A DNA stretch of 64,000 nt from Bacteroidota bacterium (GTDB lineage Bacteria > Bacteroidota > Bacteroidia > NS11-12g > UBA955), in contig JAURNR010000015.1 in NCBI GenBank assembly GCA_030830065.1, positions 10,135 through 74,134 on the forward strand, read 5' to 3'. Every line of letters begins with the position of its first letter. Position 1 is the first letter of the stretch. The notes beneath the pieces were generated by a model. It was not told where the DNA came from, searched no databases, and saw nothing but the letters and a program-made list of their open reading frames with translations. Shown piece by piece: positions 63,301-64,000 of this stretch. The position numbers and the translations under genes were made by a program.

Positions 63301-64000
63301 ATATGATTTGATTCCATCAATTGATGTCGAACTGCTTTCAAAAATAATTTCATTACCGCTAAAACAATTGTTACTGCTGTCAACGGAAACCAAAGCGTCA
63401 GGATTGCCTAAAACAAGTACATTTATTGCATCCGTATCATGACATTTATTAACGGAGTCAGTAAAAATTAAAGTTACCTTTTTTGTTCCAATACTTGAAT
63501 ATGTTACTTCTTTAGGGTTGGCAGAATCGCTAGAATTCCCAACATTACCACCCGAAAAGCTCCAATTATACGTACCTGAAGTTGATAACCCATTATTGGT
63601 GATGCTTGACGTAAAGTCAAAACTATTTGTATTTAAACACTGAGTAGATGGGGTTGTGGTAGCGACGTTGATACTGGCATTTGGATTGCCCTTTACTGTT
63701 AGGAATACTGATGAGGTATCGTTACATCCGTTTGAATCGTTAATTAATAATGTAGCTTTATAAACCCCAATATTATTAAATCGAACTGTGATTTTTGAAC
63801 TACTTAAGGCTGGTGTTGTTCGTGAACTAACTACACTGTAAGATGAGGTAGAAAGAGTCCAATTATAACTCAAGATTGAATCAATTCCTGTAGTTGTATC
63901 TGCTTCTAATGAAAATTGATTTGCTGATAAGCACTGACTCAATTGAACTGTTGATGTAAATATTTTTGCCTCTGGATCAGGCTTAACTGTATTATTAATT
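42316..64000 (-). CDS. Giant PKD/Ig/SprB-repeat surface protein with T9SS type B (gliding-motility-associated) C-terminal domain; 5'-truncated
   Basis: More than 7,200 codons without a stop, and the frame stays open to the edge (INNTVKPDPEAKIF...). About 79 two-Cys modules counted by eye. PKD WDFGD units, SprB-like GGxxPYxYxW units and a CTD LPNAFTPNND...VYNRWGQ...GWDG...ILLR. Confidence 0.93.
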   Translation of the reverse strand, partial: INNTVKPDPEAKIFTSTVQLSQCLSANQFSLEADTTTGIDSILSYNWTLSTSSYSVVSSRTTPALSSSKITVRFNNIGVYKATLLINDSNGCNDTSSVFLTVKGNPNASINVATTTPSTQCLNTNSFDFTSSITNNGLSTSGTYNWSFSGGNVGNSSDSANPKEVTYSSIGTKKVTLIFTDSVNKCHDTDAINVLVLGNPDALVSVDSSNNCFSGNEIIFESSSTSIDGIKSYQWNFDTTSNNQYGANPSISNADSVSVSYSSFGIKSYRLIIQDSNSCTDTLRGQLRIKNNPVISGITINDTSQCLGTGTNTTSFNFTPTISWANSASTYRWSFDSLNNPITSNPRYSSLANPTGIKYNSSGSKTVLLIAQDQNGCTDSVVTTVNIYNNPVAIIGLVENDTQCFNNQLFNFSSNSTTSGSGNSITNYLWDFGSDTNFVTPSLINNNTKVSFNKIQSHTVKLRVTDARGCFHDTLTTIQILGNPVSIIQNIQSDEQCLKGNSFSLEANSTGVSSNSLNTSGYTWIIDSINGTKLSSTSAGPHNVTYGATGNKIIGLITSDANGCVDTTWTSVTVLSHPDITQISQSTSSYCVNQNSLSFSASSITWASTSAGSYSWQFNGATPSSSTSSNPNNIKFSTAGTKTVQLIVTDSNGCKDTSQTNVIIKPIPSISYTIDSSNQCVNNNSIIFTSNSTNSSGGSTGLTTNWDFGSSQGASVSSSNNSSVTNTYSSSGRKTARLVVTESGCSDTADVSVVIRDIPVFDSVKITSSNEQCLDLNKFSFQPYIVWVDGSNNHFWYLDSSNSTKTTSTPYSTSANPTNIVYTASGTKQIYYIFTDLNGCSDTQNIQVKVFDNPTAVINSSNGVNQCFNQQSFSFNASNSTTASGSGPISSYNWTTSSSATISPNSTSNTVSVNYPNAGTYSLKLTITDSKGCKDDSTISITLKESPNSDFALSQNDTQCLSGNTFTFTATSVSNAGLNSSGYKWIIDSLNNDTLTGTGAGPYNYSYSNAGDYIVGLVSTSSNGCKDTVWKKIVILSNPSITASVTSSASQCLNGNNFSFSSNATNTNSYYWDFSWNNGTNTSTIANPSNISFSSSGVKSIGVIATSNNGCKDTALLNVTVTNSPNASFTIDSSLNCVTNNEIDVLATSSNGTGVSGSLTHQWNFYSSTTGANKSSSSKTRDTVSYSTTGSKRVKITTTDANGCTDTAIGFVRILGQPTLNSVSSNLSSQCIDSLGLKQNNFIFSSSVNWVSGGGSHYWVLDSVTSGSSSATPVTSSSSNPSVSYSTPGLKTIYYKYTDANGCFGSSNIQVRVHGLPTASISVNNNSQCLNNQNFVVDLTSTSVSSHNWTFSSANNVQLTNSNTKATVNYSSAGTYTGKIWVKDLNGCVDDSTFTLTVKNIPTADISSSPLKSCLKGNSFTLSDASSGVGTNSLNSTGYTWFIDSLNGLTYTGTGANTASNKTISYTTAGTKTIGLAVTDQNGCKDTSWTSIEVLDHPVINSIASNANSSCLNSNLFTYTANINWVSTSTNQRNYSWDKDYNSSVGHNQTSSNDSLSGITYTTTGGKTIQLIVTDSNGCKDTAQKVIQVLPLPTASYSIDSSSNCLAYNQIIFSDNSTKATGSTNNPNIKWSFYQSSTGSNINTSTSSNPAVKYSSAGQKAFELVAIDADNGCTDTISGVVRIKSMPTANVTLDTNELCLNGNSFNLNPNFTWVIGSSSNYTWYFDSINTSADKNTSTVLKPSVSYGQVGSKTLTLVYQDLNGCKDTNSISLNVWGHPTAIIDLNTNDSQCLQGNIFNFDAGNSTPKTGSSAVTSYYWMLDGNVNSTDVTPVTFNSSNPDSVVYQSNGRKIATLIITDLHGCKDTLKDTVWINPKPFAQLNIDSISQCLRSNVFNFQAKGSKAVTNSSINSYSWSFGNGSDISDTTGQTLDTMYGVTYNTTGNKLVTLTVEDINGCIDTFETTVEVFAHPTSVITTNAAQQCFQNQLYTFNGLNSVGATSNSITGYAWDFGQNAKRNGSSITGSSQSSVSNIKFDSLGYDTVGLIVIDGNGCKDTSNQSIRLKPSPTAVWTSTSYTQCLQGNSFDFDAINSQSVSGSTISKITWNFGSNATPDSSSGTNPQGITYSSAGYKFITAYVYDINGCFGTYTDTINILANPVAQWSTTDTIQCITQNSFDFVSTSTSSSLSKITSYSWSLPSNANKTQDTTKDIFNIQFTDTGYQNVILVVQDSLGCIDTFNKSIYILDNPRAVITVAPNTSQCLQGNSFNFSGTSSKSAGNSTLQGYNWSFGQNSSPASATTSAPSSVTYSDSGWKTISLIVSDVNGCADTTTQKVYLSPKPEAFWQVDSQSLCLRNHDFNFSSRGSKGVNGAAVSTYSWSFGLGSNITSSTSDSVSGVRFNSTGKKYVTLTVTDQNGCEDTFTSFVEVLSHPTANFMVANDSQCLQGNSYTFTSSGTQSTTNSTITDYNWQFGNTSSPSSSTSANPTGIKYSSQGLKSVELVVTDANGCRDTATESLIVRPKPFAVWTTNDTNQCLTGNQFTLNSSASQPVGSSAIQSVSWSYIDASGISYDTDSGNVVNLTFASAGTKYINVTVLDSNGCLDTFKSLIEVYNMPTAIISVNDSTQCFNGNNFNFSSTNSYGGDSSTLISYSWSFDNTASVTSSSNTNVSSQSYSSAGSKNVTLIIQDINGCLDTVSRSVEVWSDPIANYSINRVNQCLDSNSYNFTSQISTPSSSGISIYSWTFDSTVSQSISSAKNPTNIIFSDTGIKDIRLIVTDSNGCYDTVAKQVKVLGLPKAIWTVDTSWNCFRGNKFEFSKASSTGVSGNSIVLYGWNFGQNATPSSATGSSVQSVSYSTVGQKTITLTVSDDNGCSDTFTSAINVRPHPNANLTTSALQDTQCLRGNSVAYLSNGTNAVSGSSISSYNWSFDLNNNPNTASPSTSSSTSNSINVNYTNIGLKTARLIITDNNGCSDTSETSVFIKPHPTANWSIPSSIQCLSGNSFNFNASSSSSVSGSGISNYDWKFGNGSNPTSKVTTNSSSGIISYSTYGSKSVRLIVEDNNGCEDTLVKTVQVIENPSAIITKSNTVDCYKGHSFDFYAGNSTAGSGQIVNGYQWDFGSTSNTSSSTSDTVLNVTFSSYGNKTISLVINDTFGCSDTTTAQVEILENPSAKWVVNNDTQCLTGNNFNFNSSTATAVTSFKSFTWNFGGALTNSQTNSANPVNIKYATAGQKTVSLIVEDNNGCFDTFTSKIWVLANPTALISSITNDTSCLLGNDWDFDGRNSVSNSGLGISNYQWSVGTTISSSLASSSNPKSIKYTTAGNKNIQLIVSDVNGCLDTANTLITINEHPQALLTINNANQCFRGHSFNFSGSTSKAVANSTIDKYTWKLGTGVQQTANTSNSQSNITYASIGSRVITMIVHDKNGCNDTISTNVNVLDHPDAIAGVNTNDQCFNNNSFNFYADSSTSVVNSGLSNYIWSFDNSASQTSSTSKQVNGISYQSTGTKSNRLIVIDSNGCSDTNFIDVVIRNMPTAGISIPDSIDCFDANSFDFSSTSTAGTNSSLVKYKWSFDVNNNEYYANYTANNTSSINDVSYDSVGIFKVKLVITNNYGCQDSITSQIKVDANPIALISVLNADTQCLNNNSFNFSGTSSTPATGSNISRYIWDFGTGSNPSGSNSPKQTSVKYTGANAGSKSIKLTVKDTNGCFDDTTISILIKENPIAVINSSSPDSSCLRGNAFTFTASNSSSASSSNISSISWNFGSQSNPTTSQSTSQTVSYSSVGKKIIQLIINDNNTCSDTAYYYTYIKAHPTADIQLTKQSEQCLRGNNFGVTASNSLPSKTGSSITMYSWLLGNGLSSTVNTSGVSVSTFKYSNTGSKNLQLIIKDANGCYDTTNESVTVKEHPVAKWVVNNDEQCLNNQSFDFNDTSNAAAGSNIVKYDWKFDASSTQGNTSGSSLTSINSVKYNSIGNKSIRLIVTDSNGCLDTFNNTIDVRDIPTAVISLYNSSKDTVCLQNNSFNLTSSSSTAGSNSSITSQTWDFDLSGSNSNPSTSSTANNLVSYDSSGLYSVQLIIKNNYGCYDTTSKNLVVLSNPIAKWTTPSISQCLQSNEFDFSSANSTPSSGSSISKYLWSFGAGSVTNDSTSAAPKKVRYTNPGLKFVTLTITDSLTGCTDTFQSKLNVLENPKANVLALGSNASQCLEGNSFDFYSTGSAPVSGSGIKSMTWDFGNSASPSSSTTANTNKVTYSSTGTKKVVFTVNDSNGCSDTFSLNVTVKEHPVASFYFNDSVQCLRGNSLVFKPNPTWVNGAKKYIWDSLGNQSTTSAPVVRTSNNSVSTSYNQTGTKNIILVVEDLNGCFDTVSRNSIILEHPTASWTVNDSDQCKNQNIFVFRSNSQAVNSSTLSTYNWNFGNGTQPKTSNKQIPNDVIYDTLGLNNVSLIVGDANGCTDTFTNQIEILDNPTARISINSDTQCFQANSFNFGSSNVYAGKQSTVKNKYWIFSNSSNSISSTLDSVIGVTYGAAGDYTVRLIVENVDGCRDTAIDYVKVLPNPYAEWTVNKNVQCKNENYFDFKSTNSNSSTNSSIVSYDWDFGTNASPQGSTNADKDSVRYNSSGNKSVTLTITDLNGCQDTFTSNIQVLQNPVAEIENMTTELCYRGHVFNVKPSSKTVNATGTALKSYYWNFGSNASISSSTSSTVNNVTYSVAGNYQVSLTVTDSNGCTHYHSLPLIVKPHPSADFRIADTSQCFRSNEFRVNSSSYSNDVLGTRTKIKRSIWDFDLNSPNTASPSISYSADVNRIVYNTTGKKTIRLIILDSNGCSDTMDRNVNVKEHPTARITNLSSSSQCKYLNSFDITASNSNAVTNSQLDSFYWSLGSGSSPQSSINDTVKNLTYSTAGTKTIQLIIKDKNECADTSKLNVVIYESPVAQWTVNNDTQCFKIQNFNFESNDALSQNSSIQYTWRFEPDGTPSTGSSKRINNVKFSNYGEKDVTLIVKNAAGCIDSITSKVRVEEEPIARWTSNKPDDCYRGNEFNYSGTNSTPASGSQISTYEWDFGDKSFPKNASTQSYSGVSYTALGYKDVVLTVTDINGCSDTFKSSVFIKNHPKASWTVNSGVQCYQENKFSYSASSSTAVSGSQLVQYEWDFSLDNTANPNKAFGANPTSVTYSDTGLKSVRLIVKDTNGCYDSIISTVRILPNPVAGWIVNNDDQCFDDNQFNFDALNYSNPTKNSKLVAYNWKLGSFSSPSTSSAINPSNVTYSYHGYKTITLTVTDSNTCTDTFTSVIRVREKPDAFWSVNQVAQCLNNHTFTFTSNGSTPLNGSKLVAWRWDFGLDATPRIDTTAQPQDVKYSSHGYKTVTLTVTDLNGCKDTFTSQIEVQPRPRPDFITNGDSQCLAQNRYVFTNKSKLAFGNMTYTWDFGDSSSQVNAKDTFHIYGSEGVYNVKLIAATNQGCTDSITKPIRVMPMPKPKYAVASNCSNGSTVGFANGSSIASGTLKYFWNFGSGGFTSTQQSPYFTYNQSGDYRVTLRATSDFGCIDSFIDTITVYDRIQAGIDVKTSQCGNDTAFQFKSISQYSTGNQLKYFWDFGDSTTSNKQNPTKSYNTFGQFKVALIIEGNGGCRDTSYETINIYNRPTAGFVQKDTCTLGLNMQFTNTSYVNNDVMYYNWDFGNGKTSNLKDPKSQYDTGGVYQVILRVTTSNGCFDSTVQTVKAYPKPIVRFKVDRDRQCGSGNLFVFTDSTIQYGTQTKFNWNFGDGIFNNQQNVRHTYTNYGKYSVVLRATNIYGCADEDSLKVEVISKPDAGFDFKDTCEGYPIHFSNTTIDTTNFVKYEWLLESGITSNKRDPKHLFNSSGIRNVCLIADNGIGTCQDTICQKVEVYSVPNAMFTPSSNNQCGQNKAIDFTNKSTIDSGSLTFEWSFGDGVGSTLKDPSHTYGQPGDYQVKLVAISDRGCKDSIGNAATQIRIREQPEISFDVKDSCFGGTIKFTNTTNNTANKWLTTKWDMGDGSIVYKDTFRHYYANPGKYDVKLTMVLNNNCVDSFTKAVTVFPTPTPRLVNNNAGLSVCQGNSSFTFHDSSSISDNSFLRSTWMTSKGDTQILSKQDSFSTSFPNSGKYWIYLHSISNKGCTTIDSSTVEIYPEPVADFVVNDYDQCLLNNRFSYTSMSKIPMGGGSLNHEWSFGNGATAITDTSLTYTKPGTYLVTYKVVSSYGCFDVKDTWIRVYEMPTANFDVNNWNQCLSSNKFDFVNNSTIPTGNGSLKYAWEFSPSDIDSGMSPSRSYTGTGAFPVLLRAISTFGCVDDTLQYVNVLQNPDTPIVRILDAIPCHGMTGRLEIVASGGSGPYTYSWNGASFTPTNYISSAPAGTYQVTIRDNNGCESAGSYFFDEPDPLLVTASLDSNAICYNSSTGGASVKNISGGTSPYRYVWTKGTNQYFGSNLTKIPAGTYYLVATDNNGCIDSTSVTINQPLQVQASYKVLKEIKCFDSTGKVSITAWGGTPYPGNKYTYYWDGDMMDGGNVKNNLKAGVHTVEVRDENFCVSSRLNIQLTQPEPMQFALDSTVDVRCYGEANGKAYVTVSGGTADYKYQWFKDDVFFASGMPLIAAGEGYYQLFVTDKNQCPDTMDIQVSVEQPDPLVIFNTINKPVDCQGGSNGELEVTASGGNGNYTYTWTQKPNNVIDSTLSGLSKGLYFVRVEDEKGCFVDTFYEVDERPHNPVILPSDSVQICEFDSLILTSYMNEGVSYNWSYGSTNFGWSSDSTLRLANVDRTKNGYYKITAQDRYGCEDEALVHVKVNLNPIVSITSDPKIGCIGSNVDLIASGTDNYAWFRPRFNPFGFDTIGYGFTHRLTNIQKSDTGIYLVKGISDAGCYDTAMYRLQVGLDSISVEPDREVCEGSLLVLKAKGGVNYTWEGPTGNIVNSPNYVLNPVTLNDNGTYRVTISDKWSCTGIYETKVRVRPKPIVAIDDIKNGIYCDGESLKLVANTDADSIDWLGPNNLNIRKTTDLILSLSPMDRTKQGTYKLIGYSQFGCIDSTSQFVSVYSNPTADFDLTLRCKYPIQNEDFNLNSSSTGAWRTEYYFDNELISTDEITKYQTEDLGIHSIKLRVINDKGCIDEKIIDVEVKEPDYIELPNAFTPNNDLINNVLEPVKTDAITNYRMKVYNRWGQKIWEGYNQGWDGRDKSGDNYMTQVYVVEVDYSSFCSEDESILSNPPRFGNEEGGALKKTVILLR
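43870..45075 (-). repeat. Five SprB-like repeats
   Basis: C-x-G/N...G...GG-x-x-PY/DY/NY-x-Y-x-W...AG-x-Y-x-V...D-x-N-x-C units. Confidence 0.8.
47875..64000 (-). repeat. Tandem array of about 58 divergent ~93-aa PKD-like modules
   Basis: Recurrent unit P-x-A...QC...F-x-F...Y-x-W-x-F...Y...G-x-K-x-V-x-L...D-x-N-G-C-x-D-T. Similarity is at the protein level, with no obvious long identical DNA repeats. Confidence 0.85.

Noticed and set aside
45952-63503. Short 60-80 aa ORFs antisense or out of frame within the giant gene, and similar shadow ORFs elsewhere (e.g. 2654-2977, 5160-5594, 9225-9539, 26955-27230)
   Set aside because: They overlap well-supported genes and have no motifs, which is expected from codon-bias shadows.
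42316-64000. CRISPR array or DNA-level tandem repeat in the giant ORF
   Set aside because: The periodicity is protein-level and degenerate. There are no identical 25-45 bp repeats with unique spacers.

Overview
AT-rich chromosomal window from a Bacteroidota (Bacteroidia) genome, probably a compact aquatic or marine photoheterotroph. Support for this: TAnnTT(T/C)G promoter boxes, T9SS sorting domains, a flavobacterial-type proteorhodopsin, NhaA and very short intergenic gaps. It holds (i) housekeeping genes (RNase E/G, rlmH, argS, ruvC, aconitase, xerD, sucD, lolA, ftsK, rnz, aat, trmB, yigZ, ribD, nhaA); (ii) a DTE-type proteorhodopsin predicted to absorb green light and carrying the fenestration Gly, divergent from a TonB-dependent receptor, with a 10-bp-periodic TACA/TGTA array between them; (iii) a six-gene beta-1,3-glucan cluster (GH149-like phosphorylase, three GH17, one clan GH-A enzyme, MFS transporter) without SusC/D; and (iv) the 3' 21.7 kb of a giant (>7,200 aa, open past the window edge) protein with about 79 two-Cys Ig/PKD/SprB modules and a type B T9SS C-terminal domain, followed by a small beta-barrel-like gene rather than a PorP/SprF homologue. 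The most notable patterns are a five-domain super-repeat in the giant protein and a promoter -7 box sitting only 4-7 nt upstream of many start codons, which suggests widespread leaderless translation. No rRNA, tRNA, CRISPR array or mobile element was seen. All family assignments come from motif recognition by eye; no database search was run.
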